Part shown: positions 28,821-37,532 of the stretch, one piece after another | Numbering within the stretch: position 1 is the first letter of the stretch | Layout: every line of letters begins with the position of its first letter | NCBI GenBank assembly: GCA_963828735.1 | Contig: CAWHFW010000002.1 | Coordinates: 864,001-928,000 of the forward strand | Reading direction: 5' to 3' | Length of the DNA stretch: 64,000 nucleotides | Source of the DNA: an uncultured Gemmatimonadales bacterium | GTDB lineage: Bacteria > Gemmatimonadota > Gemmatimonadetes > Gemmatimonadales > GWC2-71-9 | The notes under the pieces: generated by a model | Database searches by the model: none | What the model was told of the DNA's origin: nothing | Seen by the model: the letters and a program-made list of their open reading frames with translations, nothing else | Program-made: the position numbers and the translations under genes

Positions 28821-30116
28821 ATGCATCGGAGCGTATGGCACTCGATCGCCGCCGCCGTTGCCCTCGTGGGCGTGGCGGGGATCGTGACCGCCTCGGGCGG
28901 CGGACGGGCACCCGACGTCGCCACACCATCGCCGGCGCGGATCCGGGATCTCGACATCGCGTTCTATCAGGCGCGGACGATCCGCGATCCGCGGAGCGCC
29001 CGTGACTTCACCCAGCTCGCCGCCCTCTATCTCCAGCGGGCCCGCGAGACCGCCGACAACGGCGACCTGGTTCGGGCGGAAGAGACCGCGCGTCACTCGC
29101 TCGCACTCCGGCGGGGTCGGAACGACGAGGCCGTGGGCGTGCTGGCCTCGAGCCTCATGGGACAGCATCGGTTCGGCGAGGCTCACGACGCCTCGCTCGA
29201 GCTGCTTCGGAGCGACTCGACGTCCATCGCGGCGCGCGGGATGGTGGCCGAGGCCGCGATGGAGCTCGGCAGGTACGACGAGGCCGGCCGGCTGTTCGGC
29301 ATGCTCGCGACCTATCAGGCGGACCTGGGCACGGCGCCCAGGCTCGCGCGCTGGGCCGAGCTCCGGGGCCATCCGGACGAGGGACGCCGGTTGCTCCGCC
29401 AGGCGCTCGCGGACGCGACGCGCCGCCATGGGATGCCGCGTGAGCAGGTCGCCTGGTTTCACCTGCGCCTGGGCGACCTCGCCCTTCGAAGCGGTCACCT
29501 CGGCGAAGCCCGGCACGAGCTCGCCTCCGGGCTCGCAATCCTCCCGGTCGACTACCGGCTGCTGGGCACGCTCGCGCGGCTCCACGCCGTGCGGCACGAG
29601 TGGCGGGACGCCACCGAGACCGGTGAGCTGGCCGTCTCTCGCGCCCTCGACCCCGCGACCCTCGGCCTGCTGAGCGATGCGTGGGCGGCGCAGGGAGACT
29701 CGGCCAAGGCGGCGGAATACGATCGCGCCATGGCGCTCAGCGTCCTGCGCCAGCCCGGAGCCTATCACCGGGCATGGAGCCTGTACCTGCTCGACCACGG
29801 TCGCGAGGTCCCGACGGTGCTGGCGAACGTGCGGCACGAGCTGGAGACGCGCCACGACATCTACGGCTACGATCTGCTCGCCTGGGCCCTGCACCGCTCC
29901 GGACGCGACGCCGAGGCGCGCGGGCCGATGTCGCGCGCCCTCGCGCTCGGCACGCGGGACGCCATGCTGTACTTCCACGCGGGAATGATCGATCGCGCAA
30001 CGGGCGACACCGCCTCCGCCCGCATCCGGCTCCAGCGTGCCCTCGCGATCAATCCCTGGTGGCATCCGACGCAGCCCGACGAGGCCCGCGCCGTTCTGGA
30101 CTCTCTCTCCCGATAG
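28821..30116 (+). CDS. Secreted tetratricopeptide-repeat protein
   Basis: Signal peptide; Ala/Leu helical repeats (LAALYLQRARET, AWFHLRLGDL, DLLAWALHRSG, YFHAGMI, ALAINP). Confidence 0.85.
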   Translation: MHRSVWHSIAAAVALVGVAGIVTASGGGRAPDVATPSPARIRDLDIAFYQARTIRDPRSARDFTQLAALYLQRARETADNGDLVRAEETARHSLALRRGRNDEAVGVLASSLMGQHRFGEAHDASLELLRSDSTSIAARGMVAEAAMELGRYDEAGRLFGMLATYQADLGTAPRLARWAELRGHPDEGRRLLRQALADATRRHGMPREQVAWFHLRLGDLALRSGHLGEARHELASGLAILPVDYRLLGTLARLHAVRHEWRDATETGELAVSRALDPATLGLLSDAWAAQGDSAKAAEYDRAMALSVLRQPGAYHRAWSLYLLDHGREVPTVLANVRHELETRHDIYGYDLLAWALHRSGRDAEARGPMSRALALGTRDAMLYFHAGMIDRATGDTASARIRLQRALAINPWWHPTQPDEARAVLDSLSR

Positions 30117-30124
30117 GCCCGATC

Positions 30125-30730
30125 ATGTCCGAGCTGCTCGCCTTCGTGACGCTGGGCTTCCACCATATCACGGATCTGGAAGCGCTGGACCACATCCTGT
30201 TCCTGCTCGCGCTCGCGGCGATCTATCGTGGCCGCGATTGGCGGGATTCGCTGTGGGTGATCACCGCCTTCACGGTCGGCCACTCGGTCACGCTGGCACT
30301 CGCGGTCACCGGCGCCCTCCGCCTGCCGACCGCGTTGATCGAGTTCCTCATCCCAGTGACGATCGTCGTGACCGGGCTCGAGAACATTCTGGTCCGGCGG
30401 CGCGAGCGTGCGCCACTTCGCGGCCGATATCGCCCCATCTTCGCGGGCGTGTTCGGATTGGTGCACGGCGCGGGCTTCGCGAACTATCTCTCGAGCCTCT
30501 TCACCGGCTCGATCGCGCTGCCGCTGTTCGGGTTCAACGTGGGGATCGAGCTGGGACAGCTCGTGGTGCTCGGACTGGCCGGGCTCGGACTGGCCGCGCT
30601 GGACCGCGCCCTGGCCCTCCTGCGCTCGTCCGTGGCGATCCCCCCGGTCTTCCGCCTGCGGGTGGTCGCGGTGAGCGCTGTCGTCGTCCTGGTGGCGGCC
30701 CGCATGGCGGCCAGCCGGCTCCCCTGGTAG
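30125..30730 (+). CDS. HupE/UreJ family membrane protein
   Basis: GFHHI, DHILFL, TAFTVGHSVTL, FGLVHGAGFA, FNVGIELGQ. Confidence 0.9.
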   Translation: MSELLAFVTLGFHHITDLEALDHILFLLALAAIYRGRDWRDSLWVITAFTVGHSVTLALAVTGALRLPTALIEFLIPVTIVVTGLENILVRRRERAPLRGRYRPIFAGVFGLVHGAGFANYLSSLFTGSIALPLFGFNVGIELGQLVVLGLAGLGLAALDRALALLRSSVAIPPVFRLRVVAVSAVVVLVAARMAASRLPW

Positions 30731-30731
30731 C

Positions 30732-31190
30732 ATGGCCACCCGATTCGCCGTGCTCGTCCTGGCCCTCGCCGGCCTCCGCGGGCACCCGATGCACTCCGCC
30801 GTGGCCGAGATCGAGCAACAGGATGCGGGCGGCACGATCGAGGTAAGGGTCAAGGTCTTTGCCGATGACTTGGAAGCGGCGGTCCCGCTCTCCCCCGATC
30901 CCGTGGCGGCGGATTCGGCGAGAGCGCGCTACCTGCGTGGCACGTTCGCGCTGGTGGACCGCACCGGACGCCCGGTCCGCCTGGCGTGGGTGGGCAGTGA
31001 ACCGTCGGGCGACGTGGTGATGCTTCGACTCCGCGGCGAGGTGAGAGGCGGCCTGGCGGGCGCACGCGTGACGAGCCTCGTGCTGTGCGAGCGCTTCGAG
31101 GACGAGGTCAATGTGGTTCGCGCCGCCTACGGAGGGCGCACCGAGACCCTGCTCTTCACCCGGGGAGAGTCGTCCAAGGCGCTGCCGTGA
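30732..31190 (+). CDS. DUF6702-like secreted protein
   Basis: Signal peptide followed by HPMHSAV, FADDLE, E.FED..N. Confidence 0.65.
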   Translation: MATRFAVLVLALAGLRGHPMHSAVAEIEQQDAGGTIEVRVKVFADDLEAAVPLSPDPVAADSARARYLRGTFALVDRTGRPVRLAWVGSEPSGDVVMLRLRGEVRGGLAGARVTSLVLCERFEDEVNVVRAAYGGRTETLLFTRGESSKALP

Positions 31191-31285
31191 GCCGGCCTGC
31201 TTGTGGAGCTTCCACGCTGGCGTGTAGACTCACTGACGTTCCGACCGTCGCTCACGCCATCGGGAGCCTCCCCGAGCCATGGTCC

Positions 31286-31891
31286 ATGCCTGACGCTGCC
31301 CCGCACTCGCCGTCCACGGCCGACGGCGAGCTCGTCGCGCGCGCCGCGCAAGGAGAGGAACGCGCGATCGGGCAGCTGTACGATCGGTACGGCACGGTGC
31401 TCTACGCGACCGCGTACCGGATCGTCGGACAGCGCGCGGACGCGGAAGAGGTCGTGCTCGAGGCCTTCGCGCAGGCCTGGCGGGACGCTCCGCGCTTCGA
31501 GGCCGGCCGCGGCTCGGTGGCCGGCTGGCTCACGATGATCGCCCGGAGCCGGGCCCTCGATCTGGTACGGGCCCGGAGTCGTCGCGACCGGATCACGGCC
31601 ACGGCCGCCGCGGATCGGCCGGACGCGTCGCCCGCGATGGGCGAGTTCCGGCCGGATCCCGGCGGCGCGCTCGATCACGACGAGCGCCGGCGACAGGTGC
31701 AACAGGCACTGGAAACCTTGAGCCCGCCCCAGCGTCAGGCCATCGAGCTGGCCTATTTCGAGGGGTTGTCGCAGTCGGAGATCGCCGAGCGACTGCACGA
31801 GCCGCTGGGCACGGTGAAGACGCGCGTGCGGCTGGGCATGCAGAAGCTCCGGGAATGCCTGCGTCCCTTCTACTTCGAGCGTGGCACATGA
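31286..31891 (+). CDS. ECF RNA polymerase sigma factor, SigK-like
   Basis: LYDRY, DAEEV, WL..IARSRALD, LAYFEGLSQSEIA, PLGTVKTRVR. Confidence 0.92.
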   Translation: MPDAAPHSPSTADGELVARAAQGEERAIGQLYDRYGTVLYATAYRIVGQRADAEEVVLEAFAQAWRDAPRFEAGRGSVAGWLTMIARSRALDLVRARSRRDRITATAAADRPDASPAMGEFRPDPGGALDHDERRRQVQQALETLSPPQRQAIELAYFEGLSQSEIAERLHEPLGTVKTRVRLGMQKLRECLRPFYFERGT

Positions 31892-32700
31892 CGGGCCCGG
31901 CTCAGGAATCGCCGCAGGATCTCGCCGCCGCCTACGCGCTCGGCGCGTTGTCGAGCGACGAGGCCCGCCGCTTCGAGGCGTTTCTCGCCACCTCGCCGGA
32001 GACGCGGCGCGAGGTGGAGGAGTATCGCGAGGTGGCGGCGCTGCTCGCGTTCGGGGGTCCGGGCCCCGCGGGCGCGACCGCACCGACGACCGGTCTGCGC
32101 GACCGCGTGCTCGCTCGCGTCGCAGAGCAGAAGAGCCGGCCCATCGGCGGCGCCTCGCGGGCACCGGCCGCACGTCCGTCCTCCGCGGTCTGGGTGGCGC
32201 TCGCGGCGAGCCTGCTCCTGGCCGCCGGCCTCGGCGCCGGGCTGCTGTCGGCGCGTGGCCGGCTCGCGGCCGTCGGAGCGGAGCTGGCGGCGCGCGACAC
32301 GATGCTCGCCAGCACCGAGCAACGGCTCACCGAGCGCGAGGCCACGCTGAACGCGATCCTCGAGCCCGGCGTCCAGATGTTCCAGCTCACCTCCAGCGGC
32401 GATCCCGAGCCGGGGATCCAGCTGTTCTGGAACCGCCAGCGGAACCTCGCCATCGTCCACGGCTTCCGGCTCAAGCCGGTGCCCACCGGAAAGGCCTACC
32501 AGCTCTGGTTCATCAAGGACGGCGCGCCGGTGCCGTCGGTCACGTTCAAGCCCGAGCCCGACGGCCACGCCAAGGTCGAGCAGATCCCGGTACCGCAAGG
32601 CGGCTCCCTGAGCGCCGCCGCGGTGACCGTGGAGCCCGAGGGTGGCTCGTTGCAGCCGACCTCGCCGATCGTGATGGTGGGGGCGCTCAAGAAGTCTTGA
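31888..32700 (+). CDS. Anti-sigma factor, RskA family
   Basis: AAYALGAL N-terminus, one TM helix, coiled coil, KAYQLW, AVTVEPEGGSLQPT; ATGA overlap with the sigma gene. Confidence 0.88.
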   Translation: MTGPAQESPQDLAAAYALGALSSDEARRFEAFLATSPETRREVEEYREVAALLAFGGPGPAGATAPTTGLRDRVLARVAEQKSRPIGGASRAPAARPSSAVWVALAASLLLAAGLGAGLLSARGRLAAVGAELAARDTMLASTEQRLTEREATLNAILEPGVQMFQLTSSGDPEPGIQLFWNRQRNLAIVHGFRLKPVPTGKAYQLWFIKDGAPVPSVTFKPEPDGHAKVEQIPVPQGGSLSAAAVTVEPEGGSLQPTSPIVMVGALKKS

Positions 32701-32714
32701 TCCAGGCCGCCCCG

Positions 32715-33584
32715 ATGTCGCCCGGCGGTTTCCACAGGTGGACGGCCCGGCGCGCCCCCCGGGTCGGGGTGGCGTGCCTCCTCCTTCTCGTGGCGGCTCC
32801 GGGCTGGGCGCAAACCGCCGTCGAGCGTGAGCGCGCCGACTACGTCCGGTGGCTGACCTCCGCTCCGACCTCGCCGTTTGCTACCGTCGCGCAACAGCCG
32901 ATCGGGCGCGAGCTGCGGCTCGGACCCGCCAACGCCGACATACCGCTCGATGGCATCGGGGAGCACCGCGTCGTGGCGGGTGCCGGCGGCGTACGCCTCG
33001 AGAGCGCGGCCGGCGGCCGGCCAATGCCACGTGGAGCCCCGGTGCGGGTCGGGAGCTACACCCTCGTCGCCGATGGACCGGCCGGCCGGGAAGTGCTGAC
33101 CGTGTTCGCTTCGCGGCACTCCGCGAAATCGCCTGTCTACTACGACCTGTCGGCCGAGCTCAGGTTCTCGGGACCGCTGCTGCCACCGGAGCAACGCGGG
33201 ACGGTCCGCGTCCTCGGTGTGGACGGCATCGAGGTCGAGGCGGCGGAGGCGGGCAGCGTCCAGGTGCCGTTCGGAGGAACAGTTGTCCGCCTGCGCGTCC
33301 TGAGGATCCCCTCGCCTGGCGGCGAGGAGTCGGAGCTCGAGATCTACTTCCGCGACGCCACCAACGGCCACTCCACCTATCCGGCGGGCCGGTTCGTGTC
33401 CCTCTCGCCCGCAGCCGGTGGCCGATACCGCCTGGACTTCAATCGCGCGCGCAATCCGTTCTGTGCCTACAGCTCAGCGTACCCCTGCCCCGCGCCGTGG
33501 CGCGGCAACACCATTCCGATCGCGATCGACGCCGGCGAGCGCTACCAGGGCGGCGGCCTCTCCTCCCCGGCCGGGGCCCGATGA
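32715..33584 (+). CDS. DUF1684 domain secreted protein
   Basis: FRDATNG.STYPAGRF, LDFNRARNPFCAYS.AYPCP.P...N, AGE. Confidence 0.88.
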   Translation: MSPGGFHRWTARRAPRVGVACLLLLVAAPGWAQTAVERERADYVRWLTSAPTSPFATVAQQPIGRELRLGPANADIPLDGIGEHRVVAGAGGVRLESAAGGRPMPRGAPVRVGSYTLVADGPAGREVLTVFASRHSAKSPVYYDLSAELRFSGPLLPPEQRGTVRVLGVDGIEVEAAEAGSVQVPFGGTVVRLRVLRIPSPGGEESELEIYFRDATNGHSTYPAGRFVSLSPAAGGRYRLDFNRARNPFCAYSSAYPCPAPWRGNTIPIAIDAGERYQGGGLSSPAGAR

Positions 33585-34768
33585 TGCGTCTCGCGGCGGC
33601 GGCCGCGCTGACCATGTGGGCGCTCCTCCCGTCGCCCGCGGGACCCTGGCGCGCCGTACTGGACCTCGAAGGCGCGGTGCTTCCGTTCGCGCTGGAGATC
33701 ACCGGGAGCGGTACCGCCCTCGATGGACGTCTGTGCAACGGACGCCGCTGTCAGCCGCTCTCCCGGGTCACCGTCCGGGGAGACTCTGTCGAGCTGGAGA
33801 TCGCCGACTACGCCGCCACCCTCAGCGGCCGGCTGCACGGAGATTCGCTCACCGGCTCGTACCGGAACGTGGGAAACCGCGGACCGAGGACCATTCCGTT
33901 CCGTGCGGCCCGCGGGCGATGGCCGGCCACGCCGGGCAGCCAGGCGCTGGTCGGGCGGTGGGATGCGACCTTCTTCTCGGATTTCGGTTCCAGCCCCCGC
34001 GTATTCGAGCTCAGGAACGACACCCAGGGACTCGAGGGAACGATGATCTCGAACACGGGCGACTACGGTCACTTCTCCGGCCGGGTCGCGGGCGACAGCT
34101 TCGCGCTCGCCCACTTCGACGGGTCGTTCGTGTACCTCCTCACCGGCATGCTCCACGGCGACACGCTCCGTGGCGTGTTCCACGCCGGCCTCCGCACGCA
34201 GACGCCGTGGATCGCCGTGCGAAGCACCGGGACCCCGCACCTCAAGACGCCGACCGAGATCACCTCGGCCGACACCACGACGCCATTCCGATTCGCCTTT
34301 CCGGACCTGCAGGGTCGGATAGTCACCGAGCGCGACCCGCGATTCCGCGGGAAGGTGGTGCTGGTCGACATCTTCGGCAGCTGGTGCCCCACGTGCCACG
34401 ACGCGGCCCCTGGGCTCGTGCGCTTGTACCGGAAGTATCACACGCGCGGCCTCGAGATCGTTGGGCTGGCCTATGAGGTGACGGGCGATTCGGCGGTGGA
34501 TGGTCGGCAGGTGCGGCGGTACCGAGACAAGTTCGGCATTCCCTTCCCGATCCTGCTGGCGGGGATCAACGACACCGACGCCGCGGCGGCGAGTCTCCCG
34601 CAGCTGCATGGGTTCACGTCGTTCCCGACCACGGTCTTTCTCGGGCGGGACGGCCGCGTGAAGCTGGTCCATGCCGGATTCTACGGGCCGGCCACCGGCA
34701 CCCAACACGAGCGTTTGACGAGGGGTTTCGAGGAGGAGATCGAACGGTTGCTGCGGGCGCCGGGATGA
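33581..34768 (+). CDS. TlpA-family thiol-disulfide redoxin with N-terminal beta domains
   Basis: GKVVLVDIFGSWCPTCHD, SFPTTVF; N-terminal WRAVL, SNTGDYG, FDGS; ATGA overlap. Confidence 0.85.
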   Translation: MMRLAAAAALTMWALLPSPAGPWRAVLDLEGAVLPFALEITGSGTALDGRLCNGRRCQPLSRVTVRGDSVELEIADYAATLSGRLHGDSLTGSYRNVGNRGPRTIPFRAARGRWPATPGSQALVGRWDATFFSDFGSSPRVFELRNDTQGLEGTMISNTGDYGHFSGRVAGDSFALAHFDGSFVYLLTGMLHGDTLRGVFHAGLRTQTPWIAVRSTGTPHLKTPTEITSADTTTPFRFAFPDLQGRIVTERDPRFRGKVVLVDIFGSWCPTCHDAAPGLVRLYRKYHTRGLEIVGLAYEVTGDSAVDGRQVRRYRDKFGIPFPILLAGINDTDAAAASLPQLHGFTSFPTTVFLGRDGRVKLVHAGFYGPATGTQHERLTRGFEEEIERLLRAPG

Positions 34769-34825
34769 TGCCGGGCCGGCGATGGAAAGAGACCAGACGG
34801 GTGGCCGCCCGGCTCCGACCCGGGA

Positions 34826-35407
34826 CTATTTCGATCGCACCCGCGCCGTCTCGGCCTCGGGGTCCACACGAAGTCCGAGGTACTCGCCGGCGATCGCATG
34901 ACCGGGCACCCCGCAGAGCAGCCAGTACCAACCGCCCTCTTCCGCGGTGAAGGTGGTCCGGTCACCCACGCCAGCCGGCAGCCCGGCGGTCACCATGCGC
35001 GTCATCGCGTTGGTGAATACCGCCCGTCCGCCCTCGGTGGGAAGCTTCTCCCGCTCGGCCATGACCACCAGGCTGTGCGCCGCGGTCGAGTCGGCGTTGC
35101 GCCAGTCCCACTGCACGGTCCAGTTCACCGGCACGACGATCTGGAGCTCGCCATTGCGACGCCCGTTGATCAACGCGGAACCGTCGGTCGCGTGGGTCAC
35201 TTGAAGGGCGACGGTCGCGGTCTTCGAGGCATCATCGCTCACCAGCCACGCGGGCGACGTATCGGCGGCGGTGGGCGCGGGTGCCGTGGAGGCGGCGGGC
35301 TGGGGGGTCGCCTCGGGGTGCTGGGCCGCGGCGCAGTCGGCTGCCAGCGCGATCGCCGCGAGCGGTCCGGCGATGACCCAACCAAGAAGCTGCCATGGAC
35401 GCGCCAT
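34826..35407 (-). CDS. Sulfocyanin/rusticyanin-like secreted cupredoxin
   Basis: Signal peptide; ING...GE.QIVVP..WTV, AHSL, YWLLCGVPGHAIAGE. Confidence 0.8.
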   Translation of the reverse strand: MARPWQLLGWVIAGPLAAIALAADCAAAQHPEATPQPAASTAPAPTAADTSPAWLVSDDASKTATVALQVTHATDGSALINGRRNGELQIVVPVNWTVQWDWRNADSTAAHSLVVMAEREKLPTEGGRAVFTNAMTRMVTAGLPAGVGDRTTFTAEEGGWYWLLCGVPGHAIAGEYLGLRVDPEAETARVRSK

Positions 35408-35485
35408 CAGTCGGTCTGGCCCCCTGTTCCGCTCGTCGGTAGCTTGAGTGGCTCTCCTGCCGCAACTTAATCGAGGAGAATCGTG

Positions 35486-36871
35486 ATGGCGGGACTACTC
35501 TCGAGGTCGCGCATCGTCGCCGGACCGGGGTTCAACCGCTGGCTCGTCCCCCCCGCCGCGCTCGCCATCCATCTCAGCATCGGGCAGGCTTACGCCTTCA
35601 GCGTCTTCAAGCTGCCGCTCACCAAGGTCATCGGCATCACGGATTCGGCGCCCGCCGACTGGAAACAGAGCGAACTGGCCTGGATCTTCACCATTGCCAT
35701 CGTCTTCCTGGGACTTTCGGCCGCCGTGTTCGGGCGGTGGCTGGAGCACGCCGGTCCCCGGAAGAGCGGTGTCGTGGCGGCCGTCTGCTGGGGCCTGGGC
35801 TTCTTCATCTCCGCCGTGGGCGTCAAGCTGCACAACATCTGGCTGCTGTATCTGGGGTACGGGGTGCTGGGCGGGTGTGGGCTCGGACTGGGCTACATCA
35901 CGCCGGTCTCGACCTTGATCAAGTGGTTTCCGGATCGCCGGGGGATGGCCACAGGCATGGCGATCATGGGGTTCGGCGGCGGGGCCATGATCGCCAGCCC
36001 GCTGTCGCAGCTGCTTCTCGACCATTACAAGTCGGCGACGTCGGTGGGCGTCGCCGAGACCTTCATGACGCTGGGCCTGATCTACCTGGCGGCCATGTTG
36101 TCAGGCGCCTTCCTCTTCCGGGTGCCGGCGCAGGGTTGGAAGCCGGCCGGCTGGGAGCCGCCGTCAGGGACCGGACAGACGCTGGTCACGCGCCGCCACG
36201 TGCACGTGGACACGGCGATCAAGACCGTCCCCTTTTACTTCCTGTGGGCCGTGCTGTTTCTCAACGTCACGGCCGGCATCGGGATCCTGGAGCAGGCGTC
36301 ACCGATGATCCAGGAGATGTTCAAAGGCGTCGTGAAGGCCAGTGCCGCGGCGGGGTTCGTGGGGGTGCTCAGCCTGTTCAACATGGCCGGCCGGTTCGGC
36401 TGGAGCTCCCTCTCGGACCGGATCGGACGCAAGGCAACCTACGGCATCTTCTTCACGCTCGGCCCGATTCTGTATCTCTGCCTGCCCTACGCCGGACGGA
36501 TCGGCAGCGTGGAGCTGTTCGTGGCCTGCGCGGCGCTGATCCTGACGATGTACGGGGGTGGGTTCGCCACGATTCCCGCTTACCTGTCGGACATCTTCGG
36601 CACGCAGTACGTGGGCGCGATCCACGGGCGGCTGCTCACCGCCTGGTCCGCGGCGGGCGTCGCCGGGCCGGTGCTGGTCAACTACATCCGCGAATACCAG
36701 ATCGAGCGCGGCGTCCCGGCCGCCCAGGCCTACAACGTCACGATGTATCTTATGGCCGGACTGCTGGTCCTGGGGTTCCTGGCCAACCTCGCCGTCCGCC
36801 CGGTGGCCGACCAATACTACATGTCGGAGGAGCAGTTGGCGCAGGAACGGGGGCTGGTTGGCGCCAAGTAA
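35486..36871 (+). CDS. OFA (oxalate/formate antiporter) family MFS transporter
   Basis: FNRWLVPPAALAIHLSIGQAYAFSVF, YITPVSTLIKWFPDRRGMATG, YGGGFATIPAYL, GAIHGRLLTAWS; GAGGAG RBS. Confidence 0.9.
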   Translation: MAGLLSRSRIVAGPGFNRWLVPPAALAIHLSIGQAYAFSVFKLPLTKVIGITDSAPADWKQSELAWIFTIAIVFLGLSAAVFGRWLEHAGPRKSGVVAAVCWGLGFFISAVGVKLHNIWLLYLGYGVLGGCGLGLGYITPVSTLIKWFPDRRGMATGMAIMGFGGGAMIASPLSQLLLDHYKSATSVGVAETFMTLGLIYLAAMLSGAFLFRVPAQGWKPAGWEPPSGTGQTLVTRRHVHVDTAIKTVPFYFLWAVLFLNVTAGIGILEQASPMIQEMFKGVVKASAAAGFVGVLSLFNMAGRFGWSSLSDRIGRKATYGIFFTLGPILYLCLPYAGRIGSVELFVACAALILTMYGGGFATIPAYLSDIFGTQYVGAIHGRLLTAWSAAGVAGPVLVNYIREYQIERGVPAAQAYNVTMYLMAGLLVLGFLANLAVRPVADQYYMSEEQLAQERGLVGAK

Positions 36872-36969
36872 GGCCGATTTGCCGATTGCATAAACACCCT
36901 CATGTCCGAATATTAATCCGGCCACGCCGGGTGTCCGGGGGGTCCATTCTAGGGAGGCCGGAGGCGCCG

Positions 36970-37106
36970 TTGAACCGGAATGAGCCAGGAGGGGTGGGGG
37001 GGACCGGCCAGTGGGGCCTGGTGGCCCTTGCGTGGGTTCTGGTTGGAGTTCCGTTGCTTTGGGGGTGTGGAACACCCTGCTCAAGGCGGCGGCACTGTTC
37101 CAGTAG
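36970..37106 (+). pseudogene. MFS transporter small subunit, frameshifted in a G run
   Basis: GGAGG RBS and TTG start. ...LVALAWVLVGVPLLWG continues as VWNTLLKAAALFQ-stop only if the G5 run at 37061-37065 is G6. Confidence 0.7.
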
Positions 37107-37216
37107 CCACACCGACGCAAAACGTTACACCATACCTCGAGCGCAAGCCTTTGCACTGAATAGGCTTGCAGGCGCGGAGTGCGTGGGAAACCGCGTAGTG
37201 TCGGGAATCTGGGGTC

Positions 37217-37245
37217 TTGACGGCCGAACCATGCATCGCAGATTG
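37217..37245 (+). promoter_or_regulatory. Possible sigma70 promoter for the PQQ dehydrogenase
   Basis: TTGACG, then a weak -10 (CAGATT) 16 nt later, in a less GC-rich intergenic region. Confidence 0.3.
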
Positions 37246-37532
37246 TAACCGGCTCAACACTTACCGCCCCCATTCGACGACGCCCGCTAGGGCGACTGCC
37301 CCACGGCACGGATGCCACTCCGCAACGTTGTCTTTTCCCAGGTCGCGGCGGATCGAGCGCCCGGTGGGGACGACAATCCAGTGCCGCGCTCGAATCGTCG
37401 AGGGGTGCGTCCGCGGCGGATGGTCCGCCGGACACGAGGAAAATCGGATCGAAGGGGCTCTCTCTTCGATCCTTCACGGACCGGCTGTGGTCCGTCTCCG
37501 CACCGAAGGTTCAGCTCAAAGGGAGAGTGTCC

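Noticed and set aside
36872..37532. pqqA precursor peptide near the PQQ enzyme
   Set aside because: I found no short ORF with the E-x-x-x-Y motif in a PqqA-like context.
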